64,000 bases of DNA from Nageia nagi (lineage: Eukaryota > Plantae > Pinophyta): the NCBI GenBank assembly GCA_050084985.1, contig JBITNC010000001.1:98642001-98706000 (forward strand), written 5' to 3'. Numbering within the stretch: the first letter of the stretch is position 1; each line of letters opens with the position of its first letter. Made by a program: the position numbers and the translations under genes. Of this stretch, positions 1-12,700 are shown piece by piece. The notes under the pieces are model-generated. The model was not told the origin of the DNA. It was given only the letters and a program-made list of their open reading frames with translations, and did no database searches.

Positions 1-605
1 TTTTTTTATTTCTATGACATCAAATTAGATCTCTTCATTTGAAACAAGGTTTGTGTACACTTGTCATGTCATGTCTTTCTTTTCATTACATCGATCCTGC
101 TTGTAGAGTACCAACGATCATCTCTCCTGCTTGCTCCTCTAAAGAATATATTAAACTTAGGTTATTATATTTTTAAGTTGGAGGACGTTGAATGAAATTT
201 CTTGAATGATCCTGAAGTAAGAGACCTTAGACATTGCTTCACTATGACCTTTTCTTTGTCATCTCACCAATATCGAAACATTCTTATCCTTTTTTTTCTT
301 TTCTTTATTCTACACTTTCTATAAACATATGGCAACTTTCAAACTATTATAAGATAAAACACCTCATTCCCTACAAAAAATTTGAGTTAATAGTTATTAC
401 CTTTACTACACCACTCAGTTGATTCCCAAACAAGACCTATAATTTAAAGTTCGTATTAATGACATGATATTTTCAATAGAAACCTTGGGGTATCAATCCT
501 TACAAGAGGAGTTCAGTAATGCATTGTCACCTACATGCTAGGTTGATTTCCCATCTTGATCGTATGGGGGATCATTGAGTAAGAGGAAAGGTTTCCTTCC
601 CAACA
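1..605 (+). repeat. 3' part of 5' LTR
   Basis: Matches ~7890-8496 and ~47270-47877; ends CAACA at 605, 5 nt before the PBS. Confidence 0.9.
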
Positions 606-1003
606 TAAATTGGTGCTAGAAGGAGGGTCATTTGATTATTTTATCTTCACTAAATCAAGCTAGTTTAACTTTTATCCACCTCCTCTTCTCTATGCACCAA
701 CATATATTGGCACTAGAAGGAGGGTCATTTGGTTATTTTATCTTCCCTAAATTAGGCTAGTTTAACTTTTATCCACCTCATCTTCTCTATGCCCCATTTT
801 ATCTTCCCTAAATTAGGCTAGTTTAACTTTTATTTGCCTCCTCTTCTCTATGTACCAACATAGATTGGCATTAGAAGGAGGGCCATTTGATTATTTTAAC
901 TTCACTACAATAGTCTAGTTTAACTTTTATCCCCCTCCTCTTCTCTATGCCCCAACATAGATTGGCGCTAGAAGGAGGGTCGTTTGATTATTTTATCTTC
1001 CCT
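601..1003 (+). repeat. 97-bp tandem array, each unit containing CAACA + PBS
   Basis: PBS copies start at 611, 708, 866 and 963 (spacings 97, 158 = 97+61 partial unit, 97). Confidence 0.95.
611..629 (+). promoter_or_regulatory. Primer-binding site complementary to plant tRNA-Asn 3' end
   Basis: TGGTGCTAGAAGGAGGGTC; the best-preserved copy at 963 reads TGGCGCTAGAAGGAGGG, the reverse complement of the tRNA-Asn end CCCTCCTTCTAGCGCCA. Confidence 0.85.
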
Positions 1004-1129
1004 ATGATAGTGTCCACTTGTTTTTTTACCAATAATTTAAGTTATTTTTCTTGTTCTACTTAATTGTTATCTTTTTCTTTTTTCTTTTTTTCATGCTCCT
1101 TTAAAAGCTTTAAGTTGGGACCTAGAAGA

Positions 1130-3720
1130 GAGAACATATTTGTTTACAGTACAAGGGCAGCTAGAGTAGCAAGAGAAGCAAAAGAGGTCATTGAAAGGGA
1201 GTTAAATAAAGAGATAGATCAAACTTTAAGAAGCCCAGTATCCAAGTTCAATTTAGAAGGTTCCAATACTCTACCAACACAACATACTTCACTAAGAGAA
1301 ATTTTTACACCACTAATTATTACCTCAAGTATCACTCAATCAATAGTGCAAACAATAGCTCAACCTATTGTGCCACTAGTTCAACCACTAGTTGTTCAAT
1401 TTGCAAATCAGAATCAGAACATCCCAATGGTAGCAACTTCAACATGGTTTATGGGAAGACTAATCAACATTGCAAGACAAGTGTATTAATGCCCAAAGAA
1501 TCTAGATAGATACCTATTGAAGTTTATTCACAATGGACTAGTAATGGCGGAAGAGCATATTCACATGTTCAAAGACAACATAGGATGACTAGATGTGGTT
1601 CATGAAGATGTGGCTTGCTGCATGTTCCCAAATGCTTTAGACAACATGGATACTATGTGGTATTCTAGTTTACCTAAAGGATCGATAACTTCATGGACAC
1701 AGCTTGAAGAATCATTTCTATATTAGTTTAGTGTGCCCATTGATCCAAATTCTCTATACAATCAACTTGCAACAACTAAACATCAATCTTATGAGTCAAT
1801 TTAGAGATTTAATTATAGATTTCTGATAGTGTACTTTAGACTCAAAGATCCTTACAAATTTGATGGAGTTGGCATGTTACAAATGTACCTAAGGTCACTC
1901 AACAATATGATTGGGGATTTCCTCATAAGAAATGATATAGTAACAACACTACCTATTGCCTATTTAGCAGTACTAAAAATTGAACAAGAGCTTAGCCCAT
2001 AAGGAAATGGCCAAATGAATGTGATAATCATGCAACCTATTCAGCCATTCAGTGCCCATACTCAAAATTTGAGCATTTAAGGAGCAATAAATTATTATAC
2101 TTTCCCACTTTAACCGATGGCATTAGTGATTGATACAAGTAAATCTATCAATCTAGTTGTTCCTTTCCAACCTACATTCGTGAATCCTACTAAACAAGTT
2201 GTGAACCTTGAGGTAGATACTGTAAATAGTTTAGCACAATAAAAAATTGAAGAGCTTGGGAGTTTGGTACAAAAAATGAGCAATGATATGACTCAAATGA
2301 AGATGAATTAGAGTCATAACTATCAGAATCTATAGAATGATAGAAGTCAAAATTAGTAGGATCATAATCAAAATTACCAAGGTGATAGACCCAAGAATTT
2401 CAACCTTCAAAGAATAAATAGAATATGGAATGCTGGTCCAAATAACAATGATTTTCCAAATCTAATTGTCAACAATAGTAATCATGTGAACAACATTGAT
2501 TTATTAGGTATAAGCTTATCCAACTGGTGTAAAGTGCATTCTACAACCTTACATGGAGAATCTGAATGTCTTGGATTCAATGTAATAATGAGCATTTTTC
2601 AACAAGAGATACAAACATGGATATATGACATGAAATAATGAGCCAAGCACATCTTAGGTTGATTCCAATCCAAATTTAGTAGCCAAGATGTCATACAAAG
2701 ATGAAGATGTCTAGGGAGAAGAAACATCTGAAGATGGAGTGTATGTTGTAGGACCAATCTTTGAAGAAGAAGTCTATACAACGTAACAACAAACACCATA
2801 AGGCCATCATACCTATAATTTTTGGCCAAGGGTAAACAAAGATAATGCAACTTCATCTATACCTTTGAACAACATATAGATGTCGCTTGATTAGACTTTA
2901 CCAATTAATGCTCCTCCACCATATGGGCAACAATTTTTGCATGCACCTATGCAAAATGTACAACCATCTATACAAACTTCTCATCATGTATAGAGTCAAT
3001 AAGGAGAGACATAGCTAAAAGACAAAAAGGTAGTTGAGGAAAGAACCGAATCAGTACTACCATCATACAATATCATTAAAGATATGAAGAAATAAAGAGT
3101 AAACATGACGATGTATAATTCCTTAAATGATGAGAACCAACAAAATATATTGCTCAATAAAATAAAATAAAAGAAATAGAAATGGATACCTAAAGCATCA
3201 AATATAGAGACAGTCTCAATTCAAAAGAAAGAAGAAGAGATCAATTCCCCTCAATGTTTGCTAACCATGAGAATGGAAAGCAAAACCTTACATAATTGCT
3301 TGGTAGATTCTATAGCATAATGAAACGTTATGCCTGTTGAGTGTGGAGGAAATTACAGATACCACTTTTAGATAGCCCTTGAAAGTGACTCGGTTGGACA
3401 AAATTGAAGTAAAGGTAAGAGGAATGTTGAGAGATGTGCACATACAAATAGCATCAAAACCATTTATTCAATAAAGGATAGATGTCCAAGTAGTGGAGAT
3501 ACCAGACACCTATAGGATGTTGCTTGGTAGAAATTGATTAAAAGATATGAATGGATACATTAGTATGGATTGGTATCATATGTGTCTTCCATGAAGAGGC
3601 ATTGCAAACTAGATAAGGGTTGAGAGCGAACTAAGACTTAAGTAGATAATTATAGAATATAACAATCTAAATGAATTCCAGTTCCTTGAAGTGGCAATGG
3701 GCATCTATGAGTTCAATGAT
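1130..3720 (+). pseudogene. Degenerate gag + aspartic protease
   Basis: Gag motifs AEEHIHMF..VVHEDVAC..WYSSLPKGSITSWTQLEESFL; protease LHNCLVDS..NVMP and YRMLLGR; many stops and frameshifts; boundaries approximate. Confidence 0.85.
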
Positions 3721-4659
3721 GTATATCATTTGGATATGAAACCAACAAAGAAGAAAACCTTTGCAACCAGGCCTACTAAAGCCAAATCTAGATCATGTAG
3801 TCCCCAAAACATGGTAAAGATAAAATAATGGGCAATCAAGGTCAATAGTTAAGCATCCAAACACTTAGTGTGTAAGATTTAACCATCACCAAATGATGGT
3901 GGACATTCTAAACAATTCTTTCCACCTTGAATAAATTGTGATGTTGTACATAATGTAAATAAAATATATTGGCTTTTCTTGCTTTAGTTTTCAATTACAG
4001 ATATAATTAGCCTAGGAATCTTAATGAAATAATTGGGATACTTGAGCATTAAAGGTCATCGATTGAAATTGGTTTTGCTACCAATCGGTGTAAATCCAAA
4101 TATAAGCTACCCTCATCAGAGCACATTGAGCTCAGGAACTATTTATTTGGACCCAGAGACTATAGTTGGAACAAACACTATGGATGATACTAATGATTAT
4201 CTAATGAAATAGAAACTAATAATTATCCCTTGCCAATCTGTGCAAATTTGAAAATAAGAGAGTATCTGGAGTCTTTGATAACATATAAAGACATATGAGC
4301 TATAGTGCAATCAACAAGCCTCATGTTATTGATGAAGCATGAAAAGAGAACTTTACCCTTAAGCTATTATCAAATTTTGATGAGTGAAGAGACAAATGAG
4401 AACATTTGGAATGATATGGCCACATCATTTGATTCGTCTAAGTGAGTTACAACCACAGTTATATCTTTGGAACCTAGACTACGACATAGGTATCCTAATG
4501 ATTATTTGAATAACCAGTGAGAAGTTCACTCACTTTATCGTAAACCAATGATGTAGCCGTTAGCGAATGCTGACATTGGATTATATACAAATGGATGATG
4601 CATATCACTACGTACCTTTTTTTATATACTAATTTTGTTTTTTATTTTTATTTTGATAT

Positions 4660-7600
4660 TGTTGTGCCCACACAACACATCCCAAAATATAAGATTTTGG
4701 GGACCTTATTTTTGTAAAGGCAATGAGGTGAATTGCCTTGAGATTGTCTTTTGGTGATGGATATCTCATTTTGAAGAGTGCAAATGTGATATCAAGGAGA
4801 AATTCAAGGAGATCTTATAATGAAGACCCAAAGAGTATCAGAGTATCCAATCACCAATTTTGGAGCCAAGGAGCCAGGATTTGAGAGTGAGTATCAGAGC
4901 ATAGATTTTTGGTTTAGAGTGCAACCAGTGGAGATGGGGTCATTTTTAAACCGTTTGAACTCACAAGTGCCAAGCATGACAAATATGAGCATTTTTGCAA
5001 AGTTTAAGTCTGGGAGTAATGGTTGTAGCTAAGATGATAAAAATAAGCATTTTTGTCAAGTATGAGCTCAAAAAGTTCAAAAATGATCATTATCACGAAA
5101 AGGTGCATCTTGGTCGACTTTGATCCCGAAAGTGGTCAATACAGTAGAAATGGTCATTTTTGCATTGTTTGAGCCCATAAAGCTTGAAAATGGTCAAAAA
5201 TGCAAAGTTGAGCTCAAAATGGTTAAAAATTCTCTAAAATGCTAAAAATGATTATTTTTTCACACTTAAGGCCTAAAAATGGATAGAAATGGATACTTTA
5301 AGCCTAGAAGTTTGGAAATGACAAAAAATGATGAGTTTGAGCTCAAAAAGGTGGAAATGGTCATTTTTACATCATTTGAGCTCAAAAATCATTGAAAAAG
5401 TAGATTTTGAGCTCTGATGTGCTAAAATAAGTATTTTGGTTGAGTTTGAACTTAGGAACATCAAAAGTGATTGAAAATGCACATATTGAGTTCATAATGG
5501 GTCAAAAATGAGAGTTTGAGTACCCCTAACCTTAGGCACATTTTCCCAAGGTATTGAAGACTCGAATGAGGGAAAATGGTGTAAGTTTTTTAAAGATAAA
5601 TGCAAATGGTATCGAATTTCAAGTCCAAGAGCATCATTAGAGATAAGTGAATTCTATCATAATTGGGACTTGAAATTTTTTATTTTGACCAAGTCTAAGG
5701 CACTCAATTCCTAGGCATAGTTTTTCAAGCCTATGGGAAAACCATAGAGATTATTTCTAGCACCTAGATTATGGAGAAAAAGTGGAAATGCATTGAAATT
5801 CAAATGTAAATGTATAAATGGATGGAAGAGGTGATTCTAAGACACTTTAGGTCTTCAATTTTTTAAACTTGAGCATGTTTTAAGTCCCAAATTCTTAGGC
5901 ACAAGTTTCTAAATGATTCCAAATCTAATGAGCTAATTTTTAGCAACTAAATTGATAAGATGAATTTTTTTTTGCTAAAAAAATAGGTTTAGATGCTTGG
6001 GAACAAGGAAGAAACCATTTCAAGCACATTTAATAATCAAAATTTTTAATTTTAAACATTTTTAGGCACCCTAAAGGTTAGGCAAAGTTTTACAAGGATA
6101 TGGGAATCCAATGGGGTGAAAAATGGTGCCTAAGATGGAAAAAATTGATAAATTTTGATCAAAAGTCAAGTTTGAGGACATAAGTACACAAAGGAGGTCA
6201 TTTTAAGAAGGTTTAAACTTGCAACTTTTCATTTTTGGGCAATTTTAGATGCATAAAAAGCTAGGCATAGGTTTGGGGGTAATTGAAGATCCATAGGATT
6301 GAATTTTGGTGCTTAGGTTGGAAAAATTTGATAAATTTCACTCAAAAATCAAGTTGGACCCCTTCATTACATAGATAAAGTCATTTCAAGCACCTTTAAC
6401 ACTTGAGATTTTTTATTTTAGACCATGAAAATATCTCAAAAAAGGTGTAGATTTTCATGCCATTGGGAATCCATAGACTTGAAAATTGGTGCCTAACATG
6501 GGAGAATGTGAAGATTTTGCCCAAAAATCAAGTTTTTTGACATATTTGCAATGAAAATGGCATTTTGAGCACATTTAATACTTCAAATTTTCAATTTTGA
6601 CCAAGAACAAGGCACCCAAAAGGTAGGCACAAGTTTCATGCCATTGGAAATCCAATGGAGTGAAGTATAGTGCCTAGCATGAAGAATATTCAAAATTTTA
6701 CCTCAAAATTCAAGTTTTAGGGGTTAATTGCATGGAAAACATGATTATAAGCATATTTAAACTAGAAAGTTTTTGATTTTGAGCAAGGAAAGTGCCCCAA
6801 ATTTCTCAACATAGGTTTGCTAATTTTTTCTAATCCAAAGGCATGACAAATGGTGCCTAACTAGAGGAGGGATATCAAATTTTGTCCAAAAGTTAAATTT
6901 TATGGTTTCATTGCATGGAAGGACACATTTTGAGCACATTTTAACTTTGGAATATTTTAATTTGAGAAAGTTAAAGGGCTCAAAAATTTAGGAGGCATTT
7001 TTCATTCCTATGGAAATTTCATTTTTTTCTACCAAACGAAATCCATAGACATGAAAATGGAAAAATTTGCCAAAATCCCAAATCCTTCACAAAACCTCCG
7101 AAAAACCTCAAAAACTCTCAAAACTTGCCAAGTACCATATAATCCCATCCTCCATCCATCCATGAGCTCAAATCTATTTTTTTAAAATTTTCCAAAATTT
7201 GAACCCCTTATCTTTTTCGAAAAATAGACCAAAAAATCCACTTTTTTGAAACATCCTATCAGAATCCCTTGAAATTTTTCCATAATGATCATATCATAGG
7301 CAAATACAAGTTTAATGAAAGGAGGAGCTCAAAAAACTTCCATAAGGATCTAGAACAAGGATTTGAAGCTCCAATTTTTGACAAATCGATACAAAATGCC
7401 TCAAAATATGCATTAGAGGGCATCATTTTTTGTAAATATTTTATTTTTAGCCTATTTTAATGTGATGATACTATTATCCCCTAAAAAAATATTGTAATTT
7501 CAATTTAGCTCTCAAATTAGCAATTTTGAAGCTTTTTTAGGAATTAAAGCAACACCCTCAAAATTCGACCTAAAAAGTTTATAAATAGACCAGAAGGGTT

Positions 7601-8496
7601 ACTTTTGAAGCATAATGTTTTTAGTTAAAATTTGTGAAAAATTGGCAAATTGATGTATCCTTGTAATTTTTGCACAAATTTAATACAAAGTGGTGGAATA
7701 CTTGAAACAAAGAGATTTATCATTTGTGAAATTGTGGATTTGACCATTTTGGAGCTTTTTGAGATGATTTAGAATCTTTCACACTTTTCCTTGAAAATTC
7801 TCAAGTTTTAGGAAATATTTCTAAAATTTTTTGAATCACTCCCAAATCATTGTCCTTCCTTAATTTGCATAGCAAGTGAACATATTCTCAATCTTTCTTA
7901 TTTGTATAATATCAAATTATATTTCTTCATTCAAAATAAAGTTTATGCGACTTGTTGTGTCATGTCTTTCTTTTAATTGCATCAATCTTGCTTATAGAGT
8001 ATTGATAGTTAGCTCTCCTCCTTACTTCTATTAAGACTACATTGAACTTAGTTTATTCTATTTTCAAGTTGGAGGACTTCAAATGAAATTTCTTGAATGA
8101 TCTTAAAGTAAGAAACCTTACACACTGCTTCACTATGATGTTTTCTTTGTCATCTCACTAGTATTGAAACATTCTCGTCCTTTTTTTCTTTTCTTTATTT
8201 TACACTTTCTTTAAACATATGGCAATTTTCAAACTATTATAAGATAAAACACCTAATTCCCTACAAAAAATGTGAGTTAACATTTATTACCTCTACTACA
8301 CCACTTAGTTGATTCCCAAGCAAGACATATAATTTAAAAGTTCATATTAACAACATGAGTTTTTTGATAGAAATCTTAGGGTATCAATCCTTACAAGAGG
8401 AGTTTAGTAATGTGTTCTCACCTACATGCTAGGTCACTTTCCTATCTTGATCATTTGGGTGATTTTCAAGTAAGAGGAAAGGTTTCCTTCCTAATA
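4660..8496 (+). repeat. 3' LTR (~3.8 kb)
   Basis: Begins TGTTGTGCCCAC, ends CCTAATA (decayed CCCAACA); collinear with the solo LTR at 43465-47877. Confidence 0.9.
5500..7020 (+). repeat. Degenerate ~182-bp tandem array inside the LTR
   Basis: (C/T)TAGGCAC/GC-type motif recurs at ~5533, 5711, 5895, 6079, 6261, 6442, 6623, 6805 and 6988. Confidence 0.8.
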
Positions 8497-8641
8497 GGTA
8501 GGAGGGGAGAGAAGTAACTCGCATGATTTACACAAGTGAAGAACAATGTGCCCAAAGGAGTGTATTGTAAGGAAATATATGCCATATATATGTAGCAATG
8601 CCATGGATCGAGCCAATGATAATTGTAGATAGTGGTGATAG

Positions 8642-9727
8642 ATGGAGGGTCAAGATGGTAAATTATAAATCACAATATAAGAAGGAACACCGTATTCATT
8701 CAACATGCTAGTTGAATGCAAAGGAAATAATAGGCTAGAAGAATCTTGGCAAACCATTAGATAGGAATTTAGGTAGGATAATGTTGTTTGGTGAATTCTC
8801 TGTAATGAGGGTATAAATGGATTCATAATTCTCTAAATGGTCAAAATCCTAGTTGGTTGAGAAAAGTATCAAAGATATGAGATGAGTACATAGTAGTGGT
8901 AGATGAGAAACACTTTACAATCAATGTTGAATTGATTAAAGCAGCTACAGCAAGGCCAATTCTATAAGAAAGCATAACAAGGAGGTGCAAACACTTATAG
9001 CTGAGGTGTAGGCTTTCTATAAATAAGGTGTGCCTCTACTAAAGAAAAGGAAGTTTGCCTACCCTATTACTTTAATTTAGTACCCTTAGGACAAGGTGGT
9101 AAAGATAATTGTAAAGTTATTCATAATGAATGGTAGATACTCTAGCTTTATGGCTTCCAATTTATTTTTTTGAATAATTTCAAAGGTATATATAGAGTAA
9201 ATCTCTCCTAATTTCTATTCCACCCACTAGACATTTACATCAAAATATATAGAGGAATGGTGTTTGTGCATCAAGGATTAATTAAGATTCTAGTGGATTT
9301 TGAGTACACTGGAGCAAGAAGGGTGAGGACACTTCTCTAGTAGTTTCTTGAACTTCCTTTAGTAAATCACCAGGCTTTAGTAACCTTAGGGTCATCTAAT
9401 AGTAGCTCCTTACTATGGCTTCCTTCAATAGATAAGCCAACTACATCTCTGGTGATATTTGACTCCTCATATTTGGAGGACTCTCTGTCATAAGATAAAG
9501 AGAGTGAAGCCACATCGAGGAAAAAGGATAAATTTATTTTTGAATCTAAATAAAAGGAGGAGGAAATGGAACCATGCTCTTTGGAAGAAACCTCATTGTC
9601 TCCTTCAGTAATAGAGGAAATTTGGATATTAAGGGTAATTCACCTATAGGCTCTAGACAATGCCTAGAGAATGTGGTTACCAATAAAGATATCCAAGCTT
9701 CTCTAGGGAAGTAAAACCCTAAGATGG
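8642..9727 (+). pseudogene. Degenerate gymnosperm Ty3/gypsy accessory ORF (continues 14117-~14545 after the copia insertion)
   Basis: Remnant motifs ..DKVVKIIVKLFIMNGRYS..LNNFK...VNLSNFLF..HQGLIKILV followed by a Ser/Glu-rich tail resemble TE-associated uncharacterised gymnosperm proteins; split by the copia TSD. Confidence 0.5.
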
Positions 9728-12700
9728 TGTTGGGTTAAAACTCAATAATAACAAATAATCTTGAGAAAAATTACAAAAAGAATTCCAAAGCATTTAAGAT
9801 AAAAATAACACATAAATAAGTAGGCACAATATATATCAAGGTTCACCCATAATGGGTTACATCCTTGCAGAATTATCTAATCCTCTTTGTATTATCCTCC
9901 AAAGGGATCCTCCTCCAGCAAAATAACTACAAACTTCCTCTATGGAATACATTGGAACCTCACACATAAGTCTCTCGTTTGATTCTTATAACCCATATTT
10001 TTTACTAATCTCAAAATGCATGAGATAATCAATCCATCTAATCTCTTGAAATCTAAATAAACCATCATCCATCTAATCTTTATTCCCAAATTAGACAAAT
10101 CAGAATAAATAGTAAAACTCATGATCCAAAACTTAGCAATCTCCCACTTGGAACTTAGATGCTGCAACAACTCTGTAGCCTAGGATTGGATATTCAAAGC
10201 CATTAATCTAAACATTAAGACCAATCAAAGTTGAATAAATGCTTAACTTCTCCCTTGAGATAACTTTAGTGAACATGTCTACAACATTCTCATAAGTATG
10301 AATCTTTCCAAGCTTCAAATATCCATCTTCTAATACAAAATGAATGAAGTGGTATCTCAGTTGAATGTGTTTGGTTCTGAAATGGAAGGTTGGGTTTTTT
10401 ACTAGGTGGATAACACTCTAGCTATTGCTCCATAATGTACTATCATATTACTTTCTCCCCAACTCTTCTAAAAGCCCTTGCAACCATATCATCTCCTTGC
10501 TTCCTTCTATTATTGCAATGTATTCAACTTCTATTATTGAAAGAGCCATTACTGGTTGGATTTTTGAAATCCAACCTATTGCTCCACTACCTGCTATGAA
10601 AACATACCCTATTATGCTCCTTCCTCCATCAAGATATCCTATCATATCAGAGTCTACAAAACCTTACAAACTCAAATTACTACCTCCTAAATTTAAACAA
10701 TATTTAGAAGTGCCCCTCAAATACTTAAATATCCACTTGATAGCTTACCAATGCCCCTTTCCTAGATTATTCAAGAACCTCTTAACAACTCCCACTACTT
10801 GGGCTATGTTTGATCTTGTGTAGATCATTGCATAAATTAAGCTTTTGATTACAGAAGCATAAGGAACCTTTTCCATATAGTTATTTTCATCTTATGTTCT
10901 TGGACATAAATTCTTACTCATTTGAAAATGCTTTGCTAATGGTGTGCTTACTGGTTTTGCATTAACCATGCCAAATCTCTACAATATCTTCTCAACATAG
11001 TCTTCTTGTGATAGCTTCAACAAATTATTTTTCATGTCTCTTACTATTTTCATTCCAAGGATTTATTTTGCAACTCCCAAATCCTTCATGGAAAATGTGT
11101 TTACCAATTTCTTTTTTAGATTATTAATGTTTTATATGTTAGACCCTACAACAAGCATGTCATTACATACAATAATAAAATAATAAAATCACCATCACTA
11201 TTCTTCGTGAAATAAACATAGTGGTCTGATTGACATCTACTGAAATCATTTTCAATCATAAAGCTATCAAACATCTTGTACGACTAACTTGGTGACTACT
11301 TGAGGCCATATAGACTCTTCATCAATTCACAAACAAGATTTTCCTTACATTTTACCTCATAAACTTATGGTTGTTACATGTAAATTTTCTCCTCCAAATC
11401 ACCATGAAGGAAAGCTATTTTTACATCAAGTTGCTCCTAATGCAAATTTTCAATAGTAACTAAATTTAAAATAGTCCTTATAGACATCATCTTAACAACC
11501 AGTGAGAAAATATCATCATAATCAATACCCTTCTTTTGGGAAAAATATTTTACTACAAGTCTAGCCTTATAACTCTTACTTCCATCCACCTCTTCTTTGA
11601 TTATATACATCCATTTGTTGTGTAGTTACCTTTTTCCTATAGGTGGATTAACCAAGTTCCATGTTTGGTTTTGAAGAAGAGACTCCATTTTCTTATTCAT
11701 TTCCAACTCCCAGTTCTTTCTAGTACTCAACTGTAAAGCTTCATCCAAGCATTCTAACTCACCAACATCAGTATATAATATATAATGAAGTGCAAGATGA
11801 TAATTGTTTGGTAACTTACTTACCCTGTTGACATAACATAATCTAAAAAATGTTGTAGGACTCTACTTATCCTAGTAGATTTTCTGACAACACCTACAGG
11901 AGATGGATGTGCTTGTTGCTATTATTGTTGATCATCTTGTTCTAGAGTTTGTTGCTCTTATTTGTGGACACCTTCATGCAATTTAGGCACATTTGTATCC
12001 ACTTAAAACTCAGTTGCATCTAATTTTTCTTCTTCTTTGACCTACAAATTCCTATCTTTATAGAAATTATTTTTATTAAATACAACATCCCTGCTTTTGA
12101 TGATCCTATGGTTAATATTATCCCATAACTTGTAATCCAATCCATCAATTTCACAACCAATGAAATAACATTTTTGGGATTTTGCATCTAACTTCTTTAT
12201 ATTTTCTTTATCTATGTGGGCAAAAGCCTCACAACCAAGAACTCTCAAGAAAGAATAATTACAAGTCTTACCACTCCATAGCTCCTTTAGAATGCCTCCA
12301 TCCAATGTACTTCATGGCCCTATGTTTATCAAGTAAACTACAGTGTCAAATATAAGATGCCCAAAGAAACAATGATAAACATGCATGCAATCTAAGGCAC
12401 CTAGCATGCTCAAGGATTATCCTATTCATCCTCTCAAAAAACCCATTCTCTTGAGGTGCTTTGGGTGTAACCTTAATCCTTATTATACCATTTAAAGAGA
12501 AATAATTGCCAAAATCATTTGAATAGTACTCACCACTATTATCTAATTTCAAACACTTTACCTTATTTCTAGTTTCATTTTCAACTAATGCTTCCATTTT
12601 TGAAATGTGTCAAAAACATCAAATTTATTCCTTATTCAATAAATCGATATCTTATGAGTAGCATCATCAATAAAGGTAACATAATAATTACAATGATTAA

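Larger units (their letters stand above)
1..8496 (+). mobile_element. Non-autonomous non-chromoviral Ty3/gypsy (Athila/Tat group) LTR retrotransposon, 5' end outside window
   Basis: 1-605 is homologous to the end of the LTR at 4660-8496 (both end in GAGGAAAGGTTTCCTTCCCAACA or a decayed form). It is followed by a PBS, degenerate gag and protease, and only an integrase C-terminal remnant (GHRLK-like, ~4045-4080). No RT/RNaseH seen. Confidence 0.85.

Noticed and set aside
611-981. tRNA-Asn genes on the minus strand
   Set aside because: Only the 3' ~18 nt including CCA match; these are PBSs
601-1003. CRISPR-like array
   Set aside because: Whole units are repeated with no unique spacers; eukaryotic LTR context; no cas genes
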